Source of the DNA: Octopus vulgaris
Lineage: Eukaryota
Length of the DNA stretch: 64,000 nt
Direction: 5' to 3'
NCBI GenBank assembly: GCA_951406725.2
Contig: OX597838.1
Location: 23,622,001-23,686,000 of the forward strand
In this document: positions 50,503 to 64,000 of the stretch, piece after piece
Layout of the letters: each line of letters begins with the position of its first letter
Numbering within the stretch: the first letter of the stretch is position 1
Translations under genes and position numbers: made by a program
The notes under the pieces: model-generated
What the model saw: only the letters and a program-made list of their open reading frames with translations
Database searches by the model: none
What the model was told of the DNA's origin: nothing

Positions 50503-51891
50503 TCTCCAATACTATTCACATCAAAGAATAATAAATTTATACTCTACCAAATGTATTGAGTTATCCTTCAATTTAATATAATATTGTTTTTATTATAACA
50601 TAAAACAAACATTAATATACACTCACACATGCACACATATACACATATGCATAAGTATTTACATATATATACATGTATATATCCATATACATACATATAT
50701 GTACACATACATATATGACTGATAAAAGTTCACTGTTGCCATCATACATTTTTGGAATACCAACAATGTAACTGAACAAGAGGTCACAATGGATGTGAGA
50801 GTTAGAAGCTTGATACCTTTTCATAACAACAGGATAAAATCTTGATTAAATGAGGGTATTACTATGTGGTCATTATACCAGCTGGAGATAGCAGCCAAAT
50901 AACACCCTGCCATCTTTAAAATAAAGGCTGCTTTTTTGTTTGTTTTGTTTTATGGCTTATTCAAATAAAGAAAGGGGTATCAATGAATGACCCCTTTCAG
51001 GGAATCTGAGACAGTTTAGAGGAAGTTATTCTCAAACTGAAGACCAAGTCCGAATGTCTACAGAAAATAAAATAAAATAAAATGAAAAGACAGGATGGCC
51101 ATGGTCAGAATGCCTTTGATTATAGGATAACTTATTCAGAACTGACCTGCAACCACTAATGTAGCTAGAGTGTATGTCACCTGGGGCCACCCTTCCATTT
51201 GCCATCCCTGGACCCCACAAAAAATATGCATATTGCTTACAGCAGACCCAAAAGTGCTGCCTCCCCACCAGCGCCTGCAACTAAACAGTAATAACATTCT
51301 TAGGGCTGTATACAAAGACTGAAATGGATTTTCAAAAGGAATCAAAATTGGGTTATCTTATATCTTCTTTTAGTTTCGGTCATTAGACACCTGTCGAAGG
51401 TGACAGACAGTGGGACTGAACCAAGAACCATGAGGTTGGGAAGCAAGCTTCTTACCACACAGCCATCCCTGCACCTTATCTTTTATATATACTCTTATAC
51501 TCTTTCATTTGTTTCAGTCATTTGACTGTGGCCATGCTGGAGCATCGCGTTTTGTCGAGCAAATCAACCCCGGGACTTATTCTTTTGAAGCTTAGTACTT
51601 ATTCTATCAGTCTCTTTTGCCGAACCGCTAAGTTACGGTGACGTATACCACACCACCATCAGTTGTCAAGCGATGTTTGGGAGGACAAACACACACACAC
51701 ACACACATATACATATATATATATATATATATGGCAGGGTTCTTTCAATTTCCATCTACCAAATCCACTCACAAGACTTTGGTCGGCCCGAGGCTATAGT
51801 AGAAGACACTTGCCCAAGGTCCACGCAGTTGGAATGAACCCAGAACCATGTGGTTGGCAAGCAAGCTACTTACCACACAGCCACTCCTATG

Positions 51892-51970
<79 letters not shown>

Positions 51971-52916
51971 ATACATACATATATATCAAAAGGATGTGTT
52001 ATAGTACTATTACACAGCCACACCAACAATCCAACATACCTCCATATACATATATACGCACATATACACATATCCATGTCTGCATGTATTTGTGTCTACT
52101 GGTCACATAATACTTTTCAAATGAGTGCCACCATCATATAAGTAGTGTTATTTGTTTCCAGTCTTCTGTGAAAGCATGTTCAGTCATGAGGAAACATTTA
52201 ATTTACTTGGAAACAGGCGTGGGTTGGCCAGAAAGGCATATATAATGATAAAATGTCTGCCTCAACAAAGCATGTTTGATGCATGCAAGCATGAAAAAGC
52301 AGATGTTAATAAATAAATAAATAAGTTTTCAAATGGTTTAATTAAAATGAAATTAAATCATTAAAAGTTTTTACTTTCCTTTTTGCTGTAGATAATTAGA
52401 TATCTATTCTAGCTAAATCTTGTAACACATGTAATGCTATATTTATTTTTACAAGATATATTTTTGATTGATAGGAAGGTTCAAAGTAACACAAATGCAA
52501 GGAGTTTCATAAATGGCATTTACTGTACTGCCTCAAAATCTTGTGAGTCTGCTTTTATATAGATTGGCCTATAATTAACTCTGGATTGTTTGAGAAAAAA
52601 AATTAAAATTGAAAGACTACTTGAATAATATATATTTTTTGGCAAATTGTCTGCTTGTTGAGAAATTCAGTAAATGAATAAATAAAAAATGGTAATAAAA
52701 ATAAATTAAAAGGAATGGACTTTACACACACACACAAACTACAAATATGGGTGCAGGTGTGGCTGTCTGGTAAGACACTTGCTTCTCAACCACATGGTTT
52801 CAGGTTCAGTCCTACTGTGTGGCATCTTGGGAAGTGCCTTCTACAGCCTGAGGTGGACCAAAGCCTGGTGAGAGGATTTGGTATATAGAAACTGAAAAAA
52901 GCCCATTTTGTATATG

Positions 52917-52974
<58 letters not shown>

Positions 52975-55039
52975 GATATGTATGTGTCATTGTGTCTGTC
53001 ACCCAACTGGTGTTGGTGTGTTTACATCCCCGTAACCTAGCGGTTAGGCAGAAGGGACTGATAGAATAAATACCCGGCTTTAAAAAAAAGAAAAGAAGAA
53101 CAGGGGTCGATTTACTTGGATAAAAGATAAACAAATATACCCACATGTATGGGTATATTTACAATATAATGATATCATCTCAGAAATGAAGCTGCATAGC
53201 CTAGTGGTTAGAGTGTTTATCTCAAAAGAGCATATATAATTATAACCATAAATGAAAACTACACAGCAGGAGTGGCTGTATGGTAAGTCACTTGCTTACC
53301 AACCACATGGTTCTGAGTTCAGTCCCACTGTGTGGCACCTTGGGCAAGTGTCTTCTACTATAGCCTCGGGCCAACCAAAGCCTTGTGAGTGGATTTGATA
53401 GATGGAAACTGAAAGAAGCCCGTCGTATATATGTATGTATATATATGCGTTTGTGTGTCTGTGTTTGTCCCCCTAGCATTGCTTGACAACCGATGCTGGT
53501 TTGTTTATGTCCCCGTTACTTAGCGGTTCGGCAAAAAGAGACTGATAGAATAAGTACCGGGCTTACAAAAGAATGAGTCCCGGGGTCGAGTTGCTTGATT
53601 AAAGGCAGTGCTCCAGCATGGCCGCAGTCAAATGACTGAAACAAGTAAAAGAGAGAGAGAGAGAGAGAGAGTAAAATATTGATTTCATAGTTAAACAGAC
53701 ACACACTCCAGAAAACAGACACACACTCACTAAAATTCCACTATGGCTGGAAGTCATGTTTAGATAGAGTTCTGCTTAATCAAGGTTGACCTAAAGCTTA
53801 ACAACAACAGCAACAGCAAATTACACCAAATTGCAATGAAGCCATAATTTCTTTTATATTTATCCAATGCAAATGAGAATCAGCAGGAAGCTGTTGTCCA
53901 AAGGTTTCAATGGCATTTACAGGCACCTCAAGGTTTACATTCCAGAAGCAGTGCTTAGGAAAGCAATCATGGTTATTTGAGTAATTATATCTTTTATATA
54001 TTGTCTGTCAGCCTTTACTGTTTCTGTAGTCTTTCGCAGATATTTTTGCATAAAGGTCAATCTATGAAAATTGGCATAAAAAAAAAACAAAAAAAAACAA
54101 TTGTTCTTCCCCAAATAAAAAATGGAGAAGAGAGTTTCTAAGTGGTCATTTGACCAGATAGAGATAGTAACCAAATCTTCAAATCATTCTCTATCTTCTT
54201 CACTTTTTTGATGTCAACCCTGCCAGAAATTGCCCCTTAATCCTGCCTAAAACTGCCCCTCAACCCTTGCCTGAAACTGTCCCTTAACCATACCTGAAAC
54301 TATCCCTGGTTCCATAATGCATAACTAAGTTATTTTATTAAATTCTTCATTATATTTAAAGTAATTGAAAGAAACACAGAGCATCTCAAAATAAATACAG
54401 TAATGAAAGGGTTATCTAAACAAAATTCTCTCATAAAAATTTCATGTCATTTTGAACACCAACTTAATAATGACAAAATTATCTTCATAAATTCTTCATT
54501 ACTTTTAAAACTAATTGAAATAAGCACAGTGTATTTCATTAGAAATATAGCATCAAAGGATTGAAGAAGAAGAAAAGGATGACTTGCACCATGTATTGTG
54601 CAATATATACACATATATCAGTGCAGGTGCAACTTAAAAGCACCTGGTCCACACTGTGAAGTAGTTGGAGTTTGGAAGGGCATCCAGCTGTAAAAACCTC
54701 GCCAAGACTGACCGCAGCTGTGCTTGTGCCATGTAAAAAGCACTACTTACCTCGCCTGTGCTTGTGCCACGAAAAATACACCAAGTCACTCTTCTGAGTG
54801 GTTGGTGTTAGGAAGGGCATCCAGCAGTAAAAATCCTGCCAAAACAGTCACAGAAGTCTGGTGCAGGCTCTTGTGAAACCCTCTCACCCATGCTAGCATG
54901 GAAAGCTGACATTAGATGATATATATATGTGTGTTTGTATGTATATCCTTTGTTTTCTTCTCACTTACTTGTGTCTCTCCTTACTAACCGTCAGCCATTT
55001 TGTATTTCTATTGTATGTCTTCATTTGCGCATGCTTATA

Positions 55040-55072
<33 letters not shown>

Positions 55073-55699
55073 GCGTGTGTGTATATATATATGTGTGTGC
55101 ATATATATATATATAAATTTTTTACTTCTTTCAGTCATTTGACTGTGGCCATGCTGGAGCACTGCATTTAGTTGAGCAAATCAACCCCAGGGCTTATTCT
55201 TAGTAAGCCTAGTACTTATTCTATCAGTCTCTTTTTGACGAACCGCTAAGTTACGGGGACATAAACACACCAGCATCAGTTGTCAAGTGATGCTGAGGGG
55301 ACAAACACAGACGCAAACATATAAATGTATATAATATACATATATATATTTATATATGTCCACTCCACATACGCACATCAGCAACATTCAAAATATTGAA
55401 TACAAGGTAAGTCTACGTTAATTCCTATATTTCTTATGATTTGCCTTGCATTTACTTTGCACTGCTCTGGCATTAGGCATTACCCACGATCCTGTATACA
55501 ATATATATATATATATATTATATCGACCCCAGTGCATAACTGGTACTTATTTAATCGACCCCAAAAGTATGAAAGGCAAAGTCAACCTCGGCAGAATTTG
55601 AACTCAGAACGTAGTGGCAGCCAAAATACCGCTAAGCATTTTGCCTAGTATCAGCCACATTTGGATGGTGCTTTTTACGTACCACCGGCATGGGTATCA

Positions 55700-55893
55700 C
55701 AACTACAATTTCCATTGATGATGTTGATGTACTTGACTCAATATGTCGTCCTATGATCCAAGGTACTTTTGAATGGGCTGGGGTTGGTTATGCAAAACTG
55801 GTGTAGGATACAGCCATGAACTCACTTTATTTGTCGGGTTTTCGCAGTCACAGCATATCTCCAGAGGTCTCGGTATTTTGTCATTGCCTCTGT
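55700..55893 (-). mobile_element. RTE-type LINE 3' remnant with 5' fold-back
   Basis: Minus strand TEAMTKYRDLWRYAVTAKTRQIK* resembles RTE ORF ends (M..DR..WR..V); its 5' part is inverted at 55900-55929. Confidence 0.55.
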
Positions 55894-58116
55894 GAAAAAA
55901 CCGAGACCTCTGGAGATATGCTGTGACTGTGAAGCAGCAAATAATTTGAAATACATCTTGGATAAAAAAAATTCACTGCGGAGAAACTTTTTAAACATCC
56001 TACATTACAAGGCAAGAAAGCAACCCGCAACAGAACAGGTCATAAGCAAATAATATCTTGGGAGTTAAAAAGACAAAAATGTATTAAAAAATTTTTTTAA
56101 TGATTTAATTCAAGTCGCTGTCATTTATACATACAGGCTTGTCCTTTACAGGTACCAGTGCCACGTAAGATGTACTCGTGCCGGTGCTGCGTAAATGCAC
56201 CCATACCAGTGACACGTAAATGGCACCCAGCATACACTGTAAAGTTGTTGGCATTAGGAAGAGCATCCAGTCATAGAAACCATGTCACAACAGACAATTG
56301 GAATATGGACAGCTCCTTAGCTGGCCATCCCCTTTCAAACCATCCAACTCATACCAGTATGGAAAATGGATGTTAAATGATGATGAATTTGATTTTAATT
56401 AAGTCATTTGAAAAACTTCAAATTTATTTATTTATTTACTAGTTTAAAAGCTGCCCTATTGAGCAGCTTTTAAGCTACTGACCCCGAATGGGAAGATCTG
56501 CAAACAGATCTCTGACTTGTTTTGAAGAATTTGTTGCAATTGTTTCCTCCCAAAGACAATCATATTCGCCACAAAAAAATTAAGTAAAAAAAAAAAAATT
56601 CCCCAAAAATAATCGCTGGGTTTCACAATTAATATCAATTATTCTCCAGATTTATTTCCAAGTTATAAAAATTGTTATCGTACAAAAAAAATTTGTTGCA
56701 AAAATAATCATGTAAAAAAATTGCCAAAAACAATCGCAGTAATGAAAACTTGGGAATCCAGAATTTCAGGATTGCGGGTCTGGATTTGGCCTGGAATGTT
56801 TTTAATTTACTCATGGAGTCGGCCTGATTTCAAAATGGTATGATATGTTGGGTGATGGCCTCTAGGAGTAAAATTGAAAAAGTGTAACACACTGACATTT
56901 GCATTTAATAACACCTGCTTTTCCATGCTTGCATGCATCAAACACAATTTGTTAAGGCAGATATTTTATGATTATATATGCCCTTGTTGCCAACTAACAT
57001 CTGTGTCCGAGTAATGTAAATATTTACCCATGACTGGATATGTTTCCATGGAAGACTGGAAACAACACTGCTTATATGATAGTGGCACTCAACTGAAACT
57101 ATCATGTGACCAGTAAACGCAAACACATGGATATGAGTGTGTGTGTCTATGTATACATGTTTATTTATATATATATATGTATGTATGTATATATATATAT
57201 ATATGCATGTGTGTATATATATATGTATGTATATATATATATGTATGTATATATATATATATATACACATATATATATGTGTATATATATATATGGGCTA
57301 ATGTGGCTATTTCTCTGTAGAATGAAAAAAATTGAGGAACAGCCTTAATCAATTTTCTAACCTTATTGAGCTCTTATCAGTGGTGTTTGTATCAATTTAA
57401 CTAATCCCAGAGAAGCAAGTAGCCAATTTGTTTATTTACTCAACAAATGAAGTAGCCACAGAGAACTAGGGCCACTAGTGTGCATACAGTGTTAACATTT
57501 TATTTTTAATATCAAGGCCCAATGCCACAAGCTTCTTTCAGTTTCCATCCACCAAATCCACTTACATGGTTGGTCCTGGACTATAAAAGAAACTCCTGTG
57601 TATGTCACAGGAGTGGACTCTAAACCATGTGAATATTACTAAATATATGAAAGAGTATTATCATTGTCTTGTTATATTCTTCCATTTCTTTAAAAATAAT
57701 TTATACATATTGTTTCTTTGTATAAGCAATATAAAATGCTTGTCCATCACATATATGTATATATTTATGTATGTGTCTTTGTTTATGTATTTGTCTCCAC
57801 CACCATCGCTTGACAATTGGTGTTGGTGTGTTTACATTCCTGTAACTTAGTGATTCAGCAAAAGAAACTGATAGACTAAGTACTAGGCTTACAAAGAGTA
57901 AATCCTGAGGTTGATTTCAACTGAAAAAAAACCCTTTAAGGTAGTGCTCCAATATGGCCGCAGTCAAATGATTATTTTTATATGTAAAGCATAATATGTT
58001 ATACATGTATATATATTTTTGTAATTGTCATTTTAGTAAATAAATAAGTTGACATATGTCTAAAAGTTGATGAACCACCTATTGATCCCCTCCATTTTCT
58101 TATTGCTCTGTGTGTG

Positions 58117-58156
<40 letters not shown>

Positions 58157-60731
58157 CATACACACACATATTCATTTGATAGTTTTATATTCATTTTTCC
58201 ATGCTAGCATCTATTAGGGGAATATGTATTTGTGAGACATTGTTTTTGCAACTGGGTGATCTACCTGTCAGTATCTCTTACCTGTTTCCCAAATAAGGGA
58301 GTTTTCATTCCATTCGTCTTTGAAAGTACAGAGCTACTGAAAGATTTTTTCCACAAGTTAGTGTCAGCAAAAGGCACCGGCCATAGCTCAGCGATATTTT
58401 TTGAGGAAAATATAATGTAAACATTTATAAGACACACTAATGCATACTCACACATGTACACATATATCTGTGCCGGCATCGTGTAAAGAACACCCATGCC
58501 AGTGCCATACAGAAGACACACAGTGTACATTCTGTAAAGTGGTCGGCATTAGGAAGGGCATCCAGTCATAGAAACCATGGCAAAACAGGTGACTGGGGCC
58601 TGTTGCAGCTTCCTAGGTCCTGTCAAACCATCCAACCCATGCCAGCTGGGAAAACGGACGTTAAATGATGATATGGATCTATTACATCTTGGGGTCTCGT
58701 TATTGTAAGTTGTCCTTCATTCTCATTTGGCTGGACTTGTTAAAGGGCCCATGGTTTATGATGGGTTTTGTTGCATGTATTATTACATATATTGATACTG
58801 TATGACTGTCTTTATTGGTATTTTTATTATGCTGGGAAAATATTTAAGAGATTTTTGAGTTTTGGGAGGTTCTGTGGCATGCATACATGTATGCATATGC
58901 ATATCTCAGTAAATACATATAAAGCAGACACAGAAATCTGGTGCAGGCTTCCACCTGGCCAGCTCCTGTCAAACTATCCAACCCATGCCAGCATGGAAAG
59001 AGGATGTTAAACGACGACGACGACGATGATCTACATATATGTATGAGTGAATATGACAGACTTTGTATAACTTCTGTTGAGCGAATTCACCAAATTCACT
59101 CATAAGGAATGGGTTGGCTGGGGCTATAGTAGAAGACAATTTGCCCTATATTATGCAATTAGTAAATCTGCTAAAAATAGCAGTCAAATTCCTTTCAAAT
59201 TATATAACTGATCTGCCTTACAAAAAAATAAAAATAAAAAGGCAGGCAATGGGCACATAGGATAATGTAGACCTGGATAATGTATGACAAAAATAGAGAA
59301 CAGGGTGGTGAGCATCTGAACTCGTTTTACCTGAAGTTAATTGGAGAAAAATTCATTTGGAACAAGAACAACAATAAGAACATATTATTACTATTACGGC
59401 AGTTGAACAAAAATAACTCAGAGGCCCAATCATTAAAATATGAAAGAATATAAATAGAAGCACATGTACTAGAATAAAAATAAAGACATTATATGGACAA
59501 TTTTAATACATCAAATTTAACCATGGAATGAACTGTATTTTGGACAATTGACAATGGAAAATGAAAAAAAGGGGTCATTGAAAAGATAGTTTTCTTTTTC
59601 TTCTTTATTCTTCTTTCATTTTTTTTTATATAAATTCAATTTTAAAAATGAACTGATTTGAATTGATTTTAAATTAGAAAAATAATTTTAAGCAAAGCAC
59701 AATAGATGAATAAAACTCTTGATTTTTTTGCACCCTTACCTCCCATGCCCCATCTCACTCCAGAGATTAGGTTAAGGGCCATATGGTTTTGATTTGTGGA
59801 TAGGACGGGGCAGTGAATGAGTGTGTGTGTACATATGTGTGTGTGAGGGGCGGTAACGTTTAATGAAATGTTATGGTTAGCATAACATCTCAAATTAAGC
59901 TAACGAATGAGTAACACTAGAATTTAGTAACCATGTCCTTCCTTTGATGTACTAAACAGTATAGCACAGTAAATAGGGTTTTGTTTTTTTTAGAACAACA
60001 TCAGCAACTGCATTGTCACACTTGGCACTTACTCTCTGCTGATATACAAGCCTTTTTTGCCAGTACCAGCATTTATGAGCAAGGGAGCAAAGTTTAATGA
60101 CAATTTTAGAAGAGAAATGCTTTTTAATTGTTCTTTAATTCACAACCTTATTCTGCTACCCACCCTCATGATTGACAGAATATTGTCTCGCCCACTTTAC
60201 ATTTCTAAAAAGTTGGTAATTCTGATTAGAAATTTCACTTTTTGATGATCTGTGGTTTACTCAACAGGACACTGCTCGCTTCCGTATTTTGTAAACCTGA
60301 TGAGTTGAGAACTGCATAACGTATTACATAATTTTATGGATGTTGTGCATACTGCATACGTAACTGTGCCATGTTCACATCACAATAAAAACTTTTGTGG
60401 CAGTACCAGAAACCTCAATCATCTGTATTTATGTGCACACACACACACACACACATAGGTGATCCAGCATGGCCACAGCCTCTGGTTTGAAACCAGCAAA
60501 AGAACATATATAACAGTTTGTGAAGACATTTTTCGGCTTTAATAAATAGCATGAGTATGTGTGTGTGTATGTGTGTGTGTATGCATGAAGTTCTAGTGAT
60601 AGTGGAATAAATTTAGACATCTTTACCTTCTCATCCTACACATTTATACACACACTTCATCTGAAATTAGTTTGGCGCCTGAGATAGGTAGTGTGTGTGT
60701 AGGGAGGATAATCAATATTAATTTCTTTGAA

Positions 60732-62151
60732 GGCACAAGGCCTGGAATTTTAAAGGAGGGGACTAGTTGATTAAATTGACCCCAATGCTTGACTGGTGCT
60801 TATTTCATCAAACCCCAAAAGATGAAAGGCAGTGTGAACATGATGGAATATGAACTCAGAACATAAAGACAGACAAAATGTCAAGCAATTTGCCAGTGTG
60901 CTTAACAATTCTGCCAGCTTGCCACCTTAATAATAATAATAATAATATAACAATAATAATAGTTTCGAATTTTGGCACAAGGCCTGCAATTTCAGGAGAG
61001 AGATAAGTCAATTACATCAACCTCAGTTCTCAAATGGTACTTATTTTATCAAAACAGAAGGGATGAAAGGAAAAGTTGACTTTGGTGGAATTTGAAAGCA
61101 GAATGTAAAGATGGATGAAATGCTGCAAAGCATTTTGCCTGGCATGCTAATGATTCTGCCAGCTCACCACCTTTAGAACAACAACAATAATAATAATAAT
61201 AATAATAATCCTTACTACTAAAGGCACAAGGCCTGAAATTTAGCGGGAGGGAGTAAGTTGATTACACTGACCCCAGTACTCAACTAGTACTTAATTTATT
61301 GACCTCCAAAAGGAAAAAAGGTAAAGCTGACCTCGGCAGAATTTGAACTCGGAATGTAATGATGGATGAAATGCCACTAAGCATCTTGAACCAACCACTC
61401 GACAACATCTTAGCATAATAACTATTACTTTCTCCTACCTCATGTTGTTAACACTTCCTTCTTCCTCTTTCTCTTTGTTTTAACCTTCAACTAATCGTGT
61501 GACAGCAACGTATTTCAGCCATAGTGTTTTAATAATAATAATAATAATAAAGGTTTGAAATTTTGGCACCTCCTCAGAAGGGAGGTGGAAGTTGATTACA
61601 TCAACCCCAGTACTTGATTGGTGATTATTTTATTGACCCTGAAAGGATGGAAGGCAAAGTATAACTTAGGCACAAGGCTAGCAATTTTGAAGGGAGCAAG
61701 CTGGTCGATACTACCAACATCAGTTCTTGATTGGTAATTTATTTTATTGACATTTGAGGGGTAAAAATCAAAGTCAACCCCAGTGGGAATTGAATCTCAG
61801 AAGGTTAAAAAAAAGCAGAACAAATACTGCAACTCTAGCACTATCAACTCTGCCAGCCTGCTTGCTACCTTTAAATAATATTGGCATTTGACTTAGCCAC
61901 AAAGCCAGCAATTTTGAGGAGAGTGGGGGAATTGTCAATGCTATGGACAACAATACTTGCCCTTGGCAGAAGCTGAATTCAGAAGATAAAGAATTGGAAG
62001 AAATATCACAATGCACTTTTTTCCGATGCTCTACCAGCTATGCAACAATAAGGGAGTGGGTGGAGTTGATTAAATCAGTCCCCAATATTTGACTGGTACT
62101 TATTTTCTTGAGCTTGCAAGCAAAAAAGGCAAAAATGATCTTGGCTAGATT

Positions 62152-62185
<34 letters not shown>

Positions 62186-62906
62186 TGATGATGATAATAA
62201 TAATAAAAATGAAAATAATAATAATGATGATGGTGATGATTATAATAATAATAATATTTTCTACTAAAGGCACAAGGCCTGAGATTTTGGCGGAAGGAAC
62301 TAGTTGATTATATTGACCCCAGTATTCAACTGGTACTTATTTTATTGATCCCAAAAGGATGGAAAATTTAAGTCAAACTCAGCAGAATTTGAAAATAATA
62401 ATAATAATAATGATAATAATAATAATAATAACAATAATCCTTTCTACTAAAGGCACAAGGCCAGAAATTTAGGGGTGGAGAGGGGACTAGTTGATTACAC
62501 TGGTACTTAGTTTCATCCTGAAAGGATGAAGAACAAAGTTGACCTCGGCAGAATTTGAACTCAGAACCCTAAAGACAGATGAAATGCCACTATGCATTTC
62601 ACCTGGCCTGCTAACTATTCTGCTAGCCCACTGCCTTAATAATAATAATAATAATAATAATAATTTTTTTTTCTTTCTCCTCTAGGCACAGGACTCGGAA
62701 TTTTGAGGGAGGAGGCCAGTCAATTAGATCGACCCCAGTACGCATTTGGTACTTATTTAATCGACCCTGAAAGGATGAAAGGCAAAGTCGACCTCGGCGG
62801 AATTTGAGCTCAGAACGTAGCAGCAGGCGAAATACCACTGAGCCTTTTGCCCGGTTTGCTAATGTTCCTGCCAGCTCGCCCCAGTAACAGTTCTGCCAAA
62901 TTGCAG

Positions 62907-62946
<40 letters not shown>

Positions 62947-63093
62947 TAATAATGATGATGATATTGGTTTCAAATTTTGGCACAAGGCCAGCAATTTAAG
63001 AGGAGGATTTAAGTTGATTACATTGACCCCAGTGCTTGACTGGTACTTATTTTATCGACCCCAAAAGGATGAAAGGTAAAGTCAACCTTGGTG

Positions 63094-63095
<2 letters not shown>
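60732..63095 (-). mobile_element. Dense co-oriented cluster of about ten SINE A-related copies separated by (AAT)n/(GAT)n
   Basis: Repeated GGCACAAGGCC..GACCCCAG..CTGGTACTTA..GAAAGGATGAAAGG blocks, most preceded on + by (AAT)n runs. Confidence 0.85.
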
Positions 63096-63129
<34 letters not shown>

Positions 63130-63196
63130 TGATGATGATGATGATAATATTAACAACAACGATATATCATCATTTCTTGTGTAAGAAGCTGCATGT

Positions 63197-63408
63197 CTAT
63201 TCAAGCTTCACGTTTGTGGTGGATGTATTGGCATGGCAAATAAAATCACTTTTGAGACAACGATAGAAGAGGACAATGTTCATCACAGTGGTCGTGGTTA
63301 GGCCGATGTTTGCAAGGACATAAAAGAAGAACGGCACTTGGGTTTTGTTGATGACGATCCACCGAGTCATCCAGCAGAGTGCTGCGATACGGAATATGAT
63401 GAAGGTAC
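63197..63408 (-). CDS. Last coding exon of a TLC-domain membrane protein (TLCD1/TLCD2-like); upstream exons lie beyond the window
   Basis: Acceptor TTTTTCTATTTCAG, phase 1; GTFIIFRIAALCWMTRWIVINK..FFFYVLANIGL..VMNIVLFYRCLKSDF..* matches the TLC C-terminal F.FR helix and the MN..LF.RL.RSDF end of TLCD1/2. Confidence 0.88.
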
Positions 63409-64000
63409 CTGAAATAGAAAAACAACAGCATGAAAATAAAATGACATTAACAAATATGTTTTTTTTCTCTTTTTTTTTAACACTCCTGGGCACAGGAGTG
63501 GCTGTGTGGTAAGTAGCTTGCTTACCAACCACATGGTTCCAGGTTCAGTCCCACTGTGTGGCACCTTGGGCAAGTGTCTTCCACTATAGCCTCGGGCCTA
63601 CCAAAGTCTTGTGAGTGGATTTGGTAGACGGAAACTGAAAGAAGCTCATTGTATATATGTATGTGTATGTATATGTTTGTGTGTCTGTGTTTGTCCTTCC
63701 AACATCGTTTGACAACCGATGGTGGTGTGTTTACGTCCCCTGTAACTTAGTAGTTCGGCAAAAGAGATCGATAGAATAAGTACTAGGCTTCCAAAGAATA
63801 AGTTCTGAGTTCGATTTGCTCGACTAAAAGTAGTGCAGCCATCTGGTTTGCCAGCTTTTCGTTATCATTCAGCTAGTGTTAGGAACATAAATTGTGACTA
63901 AGGTTTGGTGGAAGATTTTAATTCAGAACTTTTGAAAACAAAACATTTGTACTACAGAGCCACAGCTGGTTCCAGCAGGGTTGGTATAAAAAGGGTTAAT

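Noticed and set aside
58232-58530. Exon-like segment with minus-strand donor CAG|GTAAGA
   Set aside because: The donor lies in a decayed copy of the TTGGAAACAGG...GCATGGAAAA repeat also seen near 52200 and 56920-57040; no recognisable protein.
60057-60245. Possible + strand exon (CCAG|...TTG|GTAATT)
   Set aside because: No recognisable protein or phase link to other candidates; could equally be downstream/3'UTR sequence of the TLCD-like gene.

Overview
AT-rich, repeat-dense animal genomic DNA; the SINE/MITE families and (TA)n/(CA)n load point to an octopus (coleoid cephalopod) genome (inference). Two host genes are well supported: a complete dynein light chain LC8 gene (+; 5'UTR exon ending 1695, 3.6-kb intron, single-exon CDS 5325-5594, CCAAT and RFX X-box promoter motifs) and the last coding exon of a TLC-domain (TLCD1/2-like) membrane protein (-; 63197-63408). 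A chain of weaker + strand exon candidates (39.1-50.8 kb) may be a third gene. The rest is mobile DNA: several tRNA-derived SINE families, LINE remnants (CR1, RTE, L1/Tx1), a Penelope GIY-YIG remnant, a Helitron, hAT and piggyBac MITEs with intact TSDs, and a Merlin (IS1595-like) hotspot with two divergent transposase relics, two GG-terminated 8-bp-TSD elements and a 1.7-kb 16-bp satellite starting where one relic stops. The most unusual signals are three dispersed minimal hammerhead-ribozyme-like motifs (one with a non-canonical CUGUCGA core), a recurrent fixed tail-to-body SINE multimer junction, and a perfect 30-bp hairpin at an RTE truncation point. I cannot establish a wholly new system from sequence alone. 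Coordinates were counted by eye; repeat boundaries are approximate unless TSDs are quoted.
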